This document shows, piece after piece, positions 38,253 through 49,263 of a stretch of DNA of 64,000 nucleotides. This DNA is from Octopus vulgaris. Taxonomy: Eukaryota. Made by a program: the position numbers and the translations under genes. The notes beneath the pieces are model-generated. The model made no database searches and was not told the DNA's origin. It saw only the letters and a list, made by a program, of their open reading frames with translations. Positions within the stretch are counted from its first letter, which is position 1. Each line of letters opens with the position of its first letter. The stretch lies in the NCBI GenBank assembly GCA_951406725.2, contig OX597834.1:34658001-34722000 (forward strand), given 5' to 3'.

Positions 38253-41200
38253 GTGAAATGTGTAAAAAAATTTAAATTTCATCCTTACGCATTGATGATG
38301 TGTTAGAGGTTGATGTTGAAGTCATATCTGAACTGACCACATGAGCAGATATACTGTTGACAGTCAGAGAATCAGGACCAACTTCTACAAACAGGTAGGG
38401 ACTAGAACTTGAAGTAGAAAATGATTGTCCAAGAGAGAGAGGATTGCTGCTAGTCTGGGCAGTTGTTGTCTGCAGGTAAGGAAAAAGAAAAACAGTAAAT
38501 AAGCAGTTAACAGATTCTGGGAAACAGAAAAAGCAAAATATTATTATTCTACAAATAACAATAAAAATAAGAGAAATCTAAAAGAATTCCTAACAGAGAG
38601 CCAGAAATGTTGGTAGTGGAGAGGCTACAATTGGTTTGACTGAGCCCAGTACTTGAGTGGTATTTTATTGACAGCCTTGGGATAAATGGTTAAGTCAACC
38701 ATGGCAGGATTTGAACTCAGAATGTAAAAAAATGTAACTAGATACCACGACAAGCAGGTGAGGTGCAGGCATAGGCTGTGTGGTCAACATGTCTGCTTCA
38801 CAAACATGTGGTTTTTGATTCAGTCCCACCATGTGGTACCTTGGGCAAGTGTTTTCTGTCATAGTCCCAAGCCAACCAAAGCTTTGAGAGTGGATTTAGC
38901 AGAGAGAAACTGAAAGAAACCCAGTGTCTGTGTGTCTCTGTGTCTTGACATCATGTGATGGCTGTAAATGAGTGTCACAATCATTCATTTCCAATATTTA
39001 ATGGAAACATGTCCAACCATAAGGAAATATTAGTTGGAAACGTAGAAAGACCTGTCTCAATAGATTCCATCTGACCCACACTCAACGGTGGGAGGGCTGA
39101 AAGAATGCCTGTCTGTCCCTGACTACATAGGCACAGAAAAAACCATAAAATTAATTTATTTTTCCATGTCAAAGCTTTTATTTATAGATTTTTTTGATTT
39201 TCTTCATATAATAAAAAATAAGGCACAATTGACCATCACTCCCTGGTCAGTGTAGCTTGGTAACATGCACCATGCTCTCATTAACTGATTCAAGTGCTTA
39301 TGTAGTGAGGAGCAGACAAACACTCTCCGAGTCCTCCCACCTTCAACCCAAGCAAAACATCCAAGATGTGACAGCTAAAGGGAGAGAGGGTTGCACTGGC
39401 ACCCAGCTGGTACACATTACAGCTGAGTAGACCAGGGGCTATATGAAATTGACCCCACAAACTTATAAGTTGAATATCCTTACCACAAGGCCACACATCT
39501 TCACAGAGGGTATCTGGGGTAGTGTTGCTCGACAAGGTGCACAACTTGGATATTAAGGAGTCTCCTCCAAAAGTCAAGCTGCTACTTCTTAATGAGAGGT
39601 CACGCCTCTGATCCTATGGACATGGGATTAGAATGCCTGGGGAAAGCACTGCAAGATGGATTCTGCAAGCCAAGCCTACCAACAAGGAATCCATGAGCAG
39701 GCCAAGAACAAGGTGGTTGGATAATATCCATAGTCTTAGTCAGTTACGCTTGAGAATCCAGCCAGAAAATTTAATGATGGTTGCTTCTGATTGGACCCAG
39801 TGAAGGAGATGACTTAGGACTCTACCCCAACAATAGTCAAGAAATAGTGTGTGGAGAAGATGACTGGATGGGTGGATGAGCAGAAGTATTTTCCTAGCAA
39901 CTAATGAGCTAAATTAATTACCTGAGAAGAACTAGTAGAAAATACTGTAGATGGTAGTGTGATGAGAGGTACTGGGTTAGTGCTGGCAGATGTGAAAGTT
40001 CTAGAGGATGATGTTGTTGAGGTAGCTGGTACTGCAGTTGATTGTGTTACATTACTGCTGAGGCCACTGCTACTAGTGTGGCTACCACCACTGGTACTGT
40101 GACTCCCAGCTGTGCCACTTGCAGCTGAGGCAGAACGAAGACCAGGGTTGATCGCTGAAAAGTTTGGTATGATGTTTCCTCCCGGAATCCTGTACTGGCC
40201 CTGGTAAAAGAAAATGATAACATTAACAGAATGCCATCAGGGATGATGGTTCCAATCAGAAATTACAACAAATATTTCTAAAAGTCAGTAAAATGCATCA
40301 ACAATACATTGTATTATATCACAGATCATCTTCATCTAGATCCCTTTACTGAGGCTGACAGCTGTCGGGGTGCCACTCTAGATGCTTTCATAGTCAACCA
40401 TTGTCATTTGCCTCTGTTCTGTTATGCATGGCAGGTTCGCTGTGTTGTGACTGTTCAGTTCTTGATGTTGTCAAACCAGGATTTTCTCTGCCTCTCCTTT
40501 GCCCCCCCTCACCTGTGCCCTGAAGAATGGTTTTGGGCAGGGAGTTGAGGCAGGATACATGGCTGTACAAGGCAAGCTTTCATCTTTTCACCTGTATAAA
40601 CACTGGTTCCTGACAGCCAGTGTATTTGTTGACTTGCTGCCTGACTATTTTGTGCTCTGTGTATGGGATGTGTAACAGCCTTCTGAAGCACTTGTGCTCA
40701 AATGCCTGGATTCTTCGCTCCATGTCAGTTTGTCAGAGTCTAGCTCTCACACCCAGACAGAAGGATCAAAGTCACCAGAGTCTTCTACAATCTGAGTCTT
40801 GTTGGAAAACTAATGGAATTCCTTTTCAATATGTTGTTCAGCTTCATCATGGCAGATAAGTTACTGGTAATGTGTATAATAGTGGGGGAGGAGCATTAGA
40901 AAGCAACTAGGATTAATTATGCAGTGAGTGGTTGTAGAAGCCTGGTGCATGTGCACTTGACATCATGTGATGGTTCTAAATGCTCGTTACTGTCAAATAA
41001 AGGATGTTAATCATTTCCAATTTTCCAGGTTAACATGTCTGGCCAGTGGGAGATATTATATTACCTGGAAACAGGTGACAGTTGGCAACAGGAAAAGCAT
41101 TTGGCTGTAGAAAAATCTGCTTCATACAAGCAAAGAAAAGTGGATGTTAAATGTGAATGATGATTGATGATGCTGATGATAATGACTCACCGTCCCAACT

Positions 41201-42534
41201 TAAATATGTATTAGTCATTATTAGTTTGACTTACATTCACTGGTATGGATCCTGTTGATAGAGTTGAAGGGATCAAACCTGCCAACGCAGGCATGGCTGT
41301 GTGAGCATGGAGATGACGTGGTGGAGACTGACTAAAGTCAACAGTAAGGTCACTGACACTGTGATAGATGTGACTCATGTAATGCAGGCACTCAGACACA
41401 CCGTTGAATATACGCTCACTCTCTTGGCGTGCTTCAGTCTGAAAGCAAGAGAGAAACGTTCAACAGATTGTTTTATTATTAGAATATTTAAATAGTTAAT
41501 GATTTGGAAGATGAAAAACGTGTAAGACAGAAATAAAGAGAGAGAGAGAAAAAGAAAACAAGAAGGAAAGAAAAAAAAGAGAGAAAGATAACATATAAGA
41601 AAATAGAAAAAAAAAAGAGAGAAAACAAGAAAATAAAAAGAAAAATAGAGAGAAAAGAAAATTACAAAGAAAGAGAGAAACAACAAAATATCTAAGCTTC
41701 CTCTCCCCACTGCAAAACAATATATTACCAGTGGATAGATATATTTTACTGCAGCTGGCCAAGTTGTTTATGTGCCGAATGGTCTGTGCTTGTGTCCTAT
41801 ATAAAGGAAATTATTGCTGCTTCTCTACACTTGGTTATAAACTGGCATTATGAGGATGCACAGTTCACTGCTATAAGCAACAGGTACACTAAAAATGACC
41901 ATCGTCTTATTGGGTTTTCAGTACTTGGCTCAAATCCTCTCACAAGTTAGTGGAGAGGAGAGAGATTCTACCAATATTATTATTATTATAATACTAAGAC
42001 ATATATGACTAAATCTTTATAGAGTAAAAGGAACAATCAAATGCAAATTTATAAAGTAACAGTTAAGACACAACAGTCTTATATAAGACAACTATGTGAA
42101 AAATATTGGTTTTCTCAGTGTTCATAATGGAATTTTTTTCTCTCTCATAAATTGAAGTAAAAATACATGTATTTCTTTTTTTAATCTTTAGCATGAATAA
42201 GACTGGCAGAATTTATATAAAAGAGTGAACAAATCAGGAAGGAAAACATACTTGTTCACTTGTATAAGAGGCATCATTTTGTGCCAATGTTGTATATTGT
42301 GTTAAGAATGGCTGCAGTCTTCTTTGGACTTCTTGAAGTTCTGTCATTAGTTCAGCAACAACTGTCACTGGTGGTGGGCTACAGAAGAGGAGGAGGAGGA
42401 AGGGATTTGAAGAAGCGAACAACTAAGACTAATCTCACTGCTAATAGGATTTGCCAGACGAAACCCAGAAAAACAATAAGCAATGGCAGCAAGTAAATAT
42501 CAATTTAAATAAATAAAGTAATGTTAATGATGAT

Positions 42535-42569
<35 letters not shown>

Positions 42570-45500
42570 AAAATTTACTTGGAACACAAGATTCTTAGTC
42601 CTGGATAAAATACAATTGTCTGAATGAAACTGGCAATACAAATGACCGTTTTAAAAAAATACTGTAGTTCTGATATAATTTTTCAAAATATCGAAGTCTT
42701 GATATAACTGTTAAATATTGTAGCTTTAAAACATTGCTGTTTTGATTCATTTGTTAAATATTGAAGTTTTGATATAATTGTTAAATACAGAGTTTCTTCA
42801 GCCAGGTTTCGTACTAAGATACTAATCAGTTCCTTCAACAGACTCCTGTCATATGTATTTCAGTTTTAATCTCAGCTCATCTAACTAACAAACTCATGTT
42901 CAGCCTGTTGTTCTTATACAACAGAAGTATTCTCTCAACTAGAAAGTAACTTAAGCAATCACGTTTAACACTTCTTTGCCCTTTCGAATTGATGTTGTCC
43001 AAAATGTCTTTACAAATACATTTCAAGTATTCAGTATGGAAGAAGAACCTCAAACATGTTAACGTAACAAGAGTTCTTAGTGTTCAACTTACTTCTCCAA
43101 TCCATTCAAGCTCAGAAAAAAAATGGACATAAAATGATGACTTAGGTAAAGCTTCACTATTTGTATGGAGCTTGTGTCAGTCAGCATGGCATATATAATG
43201 ATAGATGCATCAATAAACGATTGTAATTAAAGAAATTACAACACTATCATCATCCTCTAAAATTGTATGAACTATAACTGATGTGTTACTAAGAGATATC
43301 CACTTCTACGCATCATATTTATCATTTAACCGTGTAACCCTGTCATACTACCAGCTGCTCCTTGACTGCCTTTAACAGAGTTCATTTGTTACAAGTATTC
43401 AGATCAGAACTCCAGTTCTGTAGTATCCGGACAGGATTTTAACCTTGCAGACAGCAACATGCAACTGTTAAAGCTAGGCACCAGCCACACCCATTTCTCT
43501 AGTCAAGGAGTGCAACATGAAAAGTGTCGCAAACCTATTGCTTCCTTGACTAACATATTAAAAGAAATGTATTTCTTAATCTTCAGTAATAAAACTACAC
43601 TGTATATGACTCCCTGTATTTTATTAATATCCATCTACACCATTCAGGCCTAAGAAACTATTATTCTAACAGTCCTCAATGTATTGTTGTTATAAGAGGT
43701 TGGTGCAAAAATAACTGCAGTTATTGATTACAGTTATTTTGAAAGAGAATACATATTTTTAGAATAAACTTCAGCTCAATTATGTTTTTATACCATTTTG
43801 AAATGCAGATTTCAGCCTATTGATTTATGCTAATGGTCTTTCTTCCACAATAGTTGAATATTTACAGCTGTCAAATTGAAGACAGACAGTTCAAAATAGA
43901 TTGCAAAGTAATTGAAACGGCTTGTAATATATCACTAAGAGAAATATATCAAAAATGAATTTAATAAGAGAATTTTCTAGAATGTAAAGACACTGGATTA
44001 ACAAAGTCCTAGATAAATTATTCAATAGTCATACAAATTTGTCATGATTTTTATATCAACTAAAAGTGGATTGAGTCAAACCTTGGTCCCTGAGAATTGC
44101 TTGCAGTACTGGGTTGATCATCGCTAGATGGCTGAGCAGTACCACTTTGACTGGGAGCTCCTGGAACTGGTTCATTGCTATTTCTTTGATTATTGGTGCT
44201 TTGTTGGTTACTGTTGGCTGACGGATTCTACAACAAAAGAAGCCAATACATGTAAGTGATCAAATTGTCAAAACAGAATTTTATCTGTTCAGAAATAACA
44301 TTGAAGAGTAAACGAGGATGAATTTCAGAAAACAATAAAAACTGATCATTCAATGTTTTTAAGACTTAGTCAAAAGAAGACTAGCAGCTTTCATGAAGTT
44401 TTTGTAGGGCCTTAGAAACTGGAGAGAGAGAGAAAGAGAGAGCAGAGGGTATGATTCAGCAAGGTACTGCTTGATATAGTAGGAAGCTGTATATCAAGAT
44501 ACTGAGCTAAGCTAACCTTCCATACAATCTGTTGCAAACTTGAACATTTGCAATAGACCATGGGGGTACCTTCAACAAGTGTCTTCTTCTATAGCCTTGG
44601 GACAACCAAAGTCTTATGAATGGATTTGGGAGACAGAAACTAAAAGCCTATCACTTGTATATATGTATATGTGGGTGCATAGGTGTGTGTGTGTGCTTGT
44701 GTCTGCTTTCCTTGACATAGTTGTAAACACTGGGCCTCACTAAGGAAATGGTTAGCTGTTGCTATGCTGATACACTCATCATCTTACCTATGCAAGCACG
44801 CAGATATAAAAGTGACGGTTCGACATACCTCAAGACGAGATAAAGCCATGTTAACCAAGTGCAATAACTTTCTGATGTGGTTTATTCTTTGTTGAGATTC
44901 ATTCATCTGCTGGACGGGAATCTGCCCCAAATTGATATGAACATCAACAGCCGAACCGTCAGCCTGAAAAAGACAGAGATGGAGAAGCAACATTAGAAAA
45001 AACAAGGCAATAAAAGAGCAAACCCCTAAATTTAACAATTCTAACTTTTATGTAGAAAAAAAATTTGAATAGTTCCCTTCTTTAAAGCAGTGAGTTAGCA
45101 GAATCGTTAGCACACCAGGTAAAACACTTCGTGGTGGTGGTGGTTCATCCAACTTCAAAATCCACTGAGGTCAACTTTGCCTTTCATCCCATTAAACTAA
45201 GTACCAGTTGAATACTGGGATTGATGTAATCGACTTACCCCCTCCCTCGAAATTGCTGGCTTTGTGTCAAAGTTTGAAACCAATAATTCCTTTCCCTTAT
45301 AATTCTGAGTAATTTTTCTCTAAAGACTCTAATAACAGGAATATTGTGCAGAACTGTGATGAATATTCATTCTGCTGGAATCCTTAATCCCAATAATTAT
45401 AAACTATAGTTGCAGATTACATATCATCATTTGTAACTCTGGGAGCATTAAACAAAAATCTTTCTGGAATAAAATTGAAATGTAATTTACCGATGCCCTC

Positions 45501-45964
45501 GTAGAGACTCTGGCATTCCTTCCGAGCTCGCCTATATTGTGAACAGCTTGTTGAACAATATTCTGAGGGGATAAAATAGAAAAAAAGACAGGATTACTTT
45601 CTACAAATAAAATACATTTCATAGCAAAAACAATAGCTAAAGGAAAATCTATTTTAATTAGGTTTTATTAACTGATTCAGAGACATATTGATAATGTACA
45701 TTTAATAAAAAGAATGGAAATTATCAAAAATATCCTTTAAATCCCTTAATTCATTGGTCCTTTCAATGGTCATCTGCATCTCTCATTTCCACCAACCATC
45801 TAAAATTCTTTTCTTTTTTTTTTTTTTTAACATGTTCAACTTTATTAAACAACATAACTTTTATTTCTAAATTTCAACTGAAAATTGAAGTTTTAAACAT
45901 CTAATATTTTCAATCAGTCCAAGTACCTACATACACACATACAGGAATACATATGTAAAAAGAT

Positions 45965-45999
<35 letters not shown>

Positions 46000-47210
46000 C
46001 ACACGAAGCAATAGTGTGAACTTTATTTGCATTGTGCAATTCTTAGAGTGAAATTATTTCAGATAGAGTCTTCACACAAAGAGATTTAACACACTGAAGT
46101 TGGAGCAAAGGTAGAGATTATATGACTCTTGTGATTTCAATGAATATCAAATAAAAGCTGAACAAAGATCTTCTGGATGAAAATATAAAATTTAAAAGCT
46201 GTGAAATCATTTTAAACACCGACAGAATTTTTTGTTTCTTTAGCATTTAAACTGGCCATATCCAGCCCATATTCTACTTGTTTCTTTGTTCAAACCAGCC
46301 AGATCCAGCCTCTTACACCTACCCTACACTGTCATTCTAAAAATAAAATCCTGACGCTGAGACAATGCATGATTACTTTAATCCTCAGATTATCCTGTTA
46401 AATACGGTTATTCTTTCACATTGTTTTGAATTAATTGTAGATTATCTTATAGCTTTGAGATTTTGATGATGTGATTGCTTACTTTTAGAAAGGCATTGTA
46501 GGGTAGGTGTGAGAGACCTGATCTAGTTAGATTGAACATGCAACAGGTAGAATATTAGGGCTTCATATGGCCGGTTTGAATGCTAAGGAGTTAAACAGAA
46601 CATGAATAAATAAGCATTACATTTGATAGAGTAATTTGAATGCTAAAGAGTTAAACTATAGGAAAATGGTTGGAGTCAGGTAAAAAGTCTTACCTGAACC
46701 TGATTCGGATCCAGAATGTCTGATGGTAAAGTAAAAGAACTGACAACAAAACTATTGACATCTCTCGGAGGAGGAGGTGGTGCTGAAGCTGTGGTTGAGT
46801 TACCACCATTATCTATAGGGCTGGTGCTGTTAGGACGTGGTGGGGGTCTTTGCACAACATGTATCACTTTGCCATGAACATCTAAAAATTACATAAAATG
46901 AAAAAAAAAAAAATGTTTTATTTTAACAAGACATTATCATCATAAATATCATTATCATATAATTATTCTAATTTCGGGACAACGATAGCAATTGTGAGAG
47001 CTGGGTACACAGTACGTGGCTGTACTTAATTTTATGAACCCCAAAAGGATGAAAGTTGATCTCAGCAATATTTAAACTCAAAATACCACCATGGTCAACT
47101 TTGCCATTCATCTTTTTTGGAGTTGATAAAATAAGTAGCAGCTGAGTATTGGGAGGTGGGTCAATGTAATTGACTTACTACCTCCCCTAACATTGCAGGC
47201 CTTGAGCCAT

Positions 47211-47241
<31 letters not shown>

Positions 47242-49263
47242 GGTGGGGAACTAGCAGTACTTCATCTGTCTTTAAATTGTGTTCAAATTCCACCAAGGTA
47301 GACTTTGCCTTTCATCCTTCAAAGGTTGATAAAATAAGCACTAGTTGAGCACTGGGGTTGATGTAATCAACTTAAACCCCACCCCCTACACACACACACA
47401 CAACTGCTGGCCTTGTGCAAGAGTTTGAAACCGATATCTGCTTGGTCTAAAGCATCAAGCTGGCAGAATTGTTAGCACAATGGGTGAGATGCTTAGCAGT
47501 ATTTTTTCAGTCTTTATGTTCTGAGTTCAAATTCCACCATGGTCGACTTTGCCTTTGATCCTTTCAGGATCAATAAATCCCAGTTAAACACTGGGATTGA
47601 TGTAATCGATTTACCCCCTCCCCAAAATTTCTGGCCTTGTGCCAAAATTTGAAATCTATATTTGTTCTGACTCTTTACGTTCTGGGTTCAAATCCCATCA
47701 AGGCCAACACTGAAACCAATATTATTATTATTATTATTATTGCTATTTAAAGAGGAAAAAAACTTTCCAACAACTTACTGAAGTCTTTTAAAAGTTTTTC
47801 ATCTTGAAGGACTCTGCCTTGGAAAATCAGCCTCTGTGTGTCTGCGGGAATTGACTAAAAGAGAAAAACAAATATTTTATCAACAGTTTATAGTAACCTT
47901 TTCAATAAAGACAGAAACTTTACATAAGTCTACACATTATTACTGGATTGGATTAGCCTAGAATTGTTACAGCATCAGATAAAATGCCTTGTGGTATTTA
48001 GTTTCAGCTCTTTATGCCCCGAGTTCAAATCCAACTGAAGTCAACTTTACCTTTCATCTTTAAAGGGCCAATAAAATTAAGTGCCATAAAGAAAAGAACA
48101 CTGGAGCTGATGGCTTTGTGCCTAAATTAGAAACTATGACTACTAATAATAGGATAGTGGATTAGCAGAATCATTAGAGATTCAGACAAAATGCCTAATA
48201 TTTATAGTATTAATACAACTTCCAGATCTTTATTTTTTATTAAGCCCAGTGGCTGTTGGTGACACTAGTTCCTGATTAGGCATTGTGATTATTTTTTATG
48301 TATATCACTAGCACAGTGGTTGCTGCTATTTCCAGCAGCCAGGCATCTACCTGGAAGTAAAGGAAGGCCAAAATCCCAATCTGGCAGTCCTAGAAGCAGC
48401 AATGGTGGTGATATCTCCAAAACCAGGAAATTCTCTCCTGGTAACCATCAAAGAATTTTGTATTCTAACACAACATCTATTTTTAAGTGGAGACATTACC
48501 TTTTGGTATTCATACAACTTCTGTCACTTGAATTATTTTTTGCCTAACATTTAGTTATAGCTCTTTACGTTTCAAGTTCAAATCTTGGCCAGATCAACTT
48601 TATTATTTTTTTTAGGGATCAACATAATAAAGCACTAAAAGTATTGGGGTCAACATAATTGACTAGCCCTCTCTCCTCAAATCTGCTAACCTTGTGCCTA
48701 TACAAGAAAATTATTACTACTACCACCACTACAATCATCATCATCACCAGTATACCAAAATCCTAACTCCAATAATAGTTCCAAGAGCTAGAGTGAAATA
48801 ACCAGACTGTATTAATGGTAACCTGAAACACAACACCAGTTGAAGCAACATTATTTCACCAATGTAGCAGGAACACAAAATAAAACAGAGCTAAAGAAAA
48901 AAAAAGTTCTTTGGGTTACAATAAATGACTTCTTTTTATTTATATATATTTTTTAAAATTCAGAATAGTATTCAAAAAGAAACTTACTATACTACTGGCT
49001 ATTGTTTCCTTAAATTGTCGAACAGTGGTCTGTAAAAACAGAAAAGACATGATTAAGAGGGGGAAGAGCTTGTTTCTTAATAATTGTGCATTATGGTAGT
49101 AAATAAAACAAAAGCTGAATAGAATCTATAGAAAATAGGTCAAACAAAGGCAATTAATATAAAGTAGCATCATAAATTATTGTACAGAAAAGTAACTCAC
49201 ATCATCTGCAACACTATGGCTCTTAGTTTGACCATCAAGGGTCTTCACAGAAACATCAATCAT
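21320..49263 (-). CDS. BAG6: Large proline-rich protein BAG6 (BAT3/Scythe), 22 coding exons, 4035 nt, about 1344 aa
   Basis: N-terminal ubiquitin-like domain (VKTLDGQ...[12 protein letters not shown]...GKVIHVVQR), [36 protein letters not shown]...[14 protein letters not shown] (NLS region) and a C-terminal BAG-similar segment. All splice phases are compatible. Confidence 0.95.
22185..22323 (+). repeat. Dispersed repeat with (ATCCA)n-like tail; second copy at about 29495-29615
   Basis: Shared GGTAGAGTAG..TCAAACCAGTA..ATCTCAAG...GGAGAGAACAT...ACTGAACA.GGCAATC.AATC. Confidence 0.65.
22505..23350. mobile_element. Foldback Tc1/mariner derivative with inverted arms of about 310-330 bp
   Basis: TA|CAGGGTGTCCC...GGGACACCTTG|TA; arms 22505-22817 and 23021-23350 are reverse complements, each carrying the transposase 3' end ([15 protein letters not shown]). 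Confidence 0.9.
23550..23657 (-). CDS. BAG6: BAG6 coding exon 21 ([10 protein letters not shown]...GMPAKRRK), NLS/GET4-binding region
   Basis: cAG/GTAGGT boundaries; highly conserved [14 protein letters not shown]. Confidence 0.96.
24521..24745 (-). CDS. BAG6: BAG6 coding exon 20 (ATNISKPD...DDWCSVVPA)
   Basis: cAG/GTAAGT boundaries; WxxxVP precedes the EWVPII motif. Confidence 0.9.
25829..27057 (-). mobile_element. Internally deleted mariner element carrying a SINE insertion (25901-26290)
   Basis: TIRs GAGGTGGTATCGAAAAGTTCCCAGACTAG / CTAGTCTGGGGAACTTTTGATACCATCCCG|TA; minus-strand [13 protein letters not shown] motif at about 26465-26505. Confidence 0.88.
27662..27928 (-). CDS. BAG6: BAG6 coding exon 19 (QHLTNGIN...SATSQ)
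   Basis: cAG/GTAAGA boundaries, phase 0/0. Confidence 0.88.
28884..29011 (-). CDS. BAG6: BAG6 coding exon 18 (DNNEFG...VHDRL)
   Basis: cAG/GTAAGT boundaries, phase 1/0. Confidence 0.88.
29171..29397. mobile_element. piggyBac-type MITE (about 225 bp). Copies at 15663-15892, 21672-21893, about 25390-25606, about 30640-30865 and 46239-46654
   Basis: TTAA|CCCTTTAGCATT ... AATGCT(A/G)AAGGG|TTAA termini with shared internal sequence, present in both orientations. Confidence 0.85.
30005..30107 (-). CDS. BAG6: BAG6 coding exon 17 ([10 protein letters not shown]...IESE)
   Basis: tAG/GTGAGT boundaries, phase 0/1. Confidence 0.88.
31105..31328 (-). CDS. BAG6: BAG6 coding exon 16 (GLTNDIFQ...IKAIV)
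   Basis: tAG/GTAAGT boundaries; [15 protein letters not shown] resembles the BAG6 helical region. Confidence 0.9.
31950..32295 (-). CDS. BAG6: BAG6 coding exon 15 (RSTASGG...EHFE)
   Basis: cAG/GTGAGT boundaries, phase 0/1. Confidence 0.88.
33040..33425 (+). mobile_element. RTE-like LINE 3' relic
   Basis: [22 protein letters not shown]...MRLAGH...GRTRRGRR. Confidence 0.75.
33990..34231 (-). CDS. BAG6: BAG6 coding exon 14 (NTQTQGG...FFQGSA)
   Basis: tAG/GTAAGT boundaries, phase 1/0. Confidence 0.85.
35174..35276 (-). CDS. BAG6: BAG6 coding exon 13 ([19 protein letters not shown]...TSSE)
   Basis: cAG/GTAAGA boundaries, ends in phase 1. Confidence 0.85.
35335..36418. repeat. Minisatellite of more than 30 units of about 28-33 bp: ACAAGATGTAATGATCAAAG(AA)GGAAGGA(T/G)
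   Basis: Directly visible tandem array with degenerate ends, filling most of BAG6 intron 35277-36478. Confidence 0.97.
36479..36984 (-). CDS. BAG6: BAG6 coding exon 12 (QRTFQVNIG...[11 protein letters not shown]...SSNQ)
   Basis: cAG/GTGAGA boundaries; in frame with ORF 36419-36922; poly-Ser tract. Confidence 0.87.
37100..37280 (-). mobile_element. Abundant SINE/LINE-tail repeat ending in (GAT)n. Copies at about 1980-2170, 6280-6430, 8120-8262, 8630-8800, 12960-13140, 15245-15378, 33470-33625, 37350-37580, 37850-38100, 52285-52460 and 59830-59975
   Basis: Shared GGTTGGCATTAGGAAGGGCATCCAGCTGTAGAAAC...CCATGCTAGCATGGAA..CGGACGTTAAA(TGA)n. Confidence 0.85.
38289..38469 (-). CDS. BAG6: BAG6 coding exon 11 (TTTAQTSS...[21 protein letters not shown]...SSM)
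   Basis: cAG/GTAAG boundaries, ends in phase 1. Confidence 0.85.
39520..39830 (+). mobile_element. RTE-like LINE 3' relic
   Basis: [14 protein letters not shown]...ILQAKP...[10 protein letters not shown]. Confidence 0.65.
39922..40200 (-). CDS. BAG6: BAG6 coding exon 10 (GQYRIPGG...TSSSQ)
   Basis: cAG/GTAATT boundaries; 93 open codons, Ser/Thr-rich. Confidence 0.85.
40330..40860 (-). mobile_element. LINE-derived relic (reverse transcriptase region and tail)
   Basis: Minus-strand [17 protein letters not shown] motif, typical of RTE-clade ORFs. Confidence 0.65.
41235..41438 (-). CDS. BAG6: BAG6 coding exon 9 (TEARQESER...SIPVN)
   Basis: cAG/GTAAGT boundaries; [15 protein letters not shown] (BAG6/DUF3538-type motif). 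Confidence 0.92.
42252..42378 (-). CDS. BAG6: BAG6 coding exon 8 ([12 protein letters not shown]...YTSEQ)
   Basis: tAG/GTATGT boundaries; [13 protein letters not shown]. Confidence 0.92.
44082..44227 (-). CDS. BAG6: BAG6 coding exon 7 (NPSANSNQQ...NSQGP)
   Basis: tAG/GTTTGA boundaries; open frame; phase 2 matches the next exon. Confidence 0.82.
44829..44963 (-). CDS. BAG6: BAG6 coding exon 6 ([13 protein letters not shown]...LSRLE)
   Basis: cAG/GTATGT boundaries; [10 protein letters not shown] motif. Confidence 0.93.
45491..45562 (-). CDS. BAG6: BAG6 coding exon 5 (NIVQQAV...STRAS)
   Basis: cAG/GTAAAT boundaries, phase 0/0. Confidence 0.88.
46694..46881 (-). CDS. BAG6: BAG6 coding exon 4 ([15 protein letters not shown]...DPNQVQ)
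   Basis: tAG/GTAAG boundaries; end of the UBL. Confidence 0.93.
47779..47854 (-). CDS. BAG6: BAG6 coding exon 3 ([25 protein letters not shown])
   Basis: tAG/GTAAGT boundaries; UBL core. Confidence 0.95.
48988..49029 (-). CDS. BAG6: BAG6 coding exon 2 ([14 protein letters not shown])
   Basis: cAG/GTAAGT boundaries; UBL helix. Confidence 0.92.
49201..49263 (-). CDS. BAG6: BAG6 coding exon 1 ([21 protein letters not shown]); exon starts at 49300
   Basis: Acceptor ttctttgtAG at 49301-49302, ATG at 49263, donor GTGAGT. Confidence 0.92.

Noticed and set aside
38470-38481. Perfect plus-strand CAG|GTAAG donor (similar at 32298-32304)
   Set aside because: Explained as the reverse complement of the BAG6 acceptor region; no supporting antisense exon.
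41191-41198. 8-nt microexon (AG|TTGGGACG|GTGAGT)
   Set aside because: The upstream intron would be only 36 nt and the frame would break. Kept only as an alternative-donor hypothesis.
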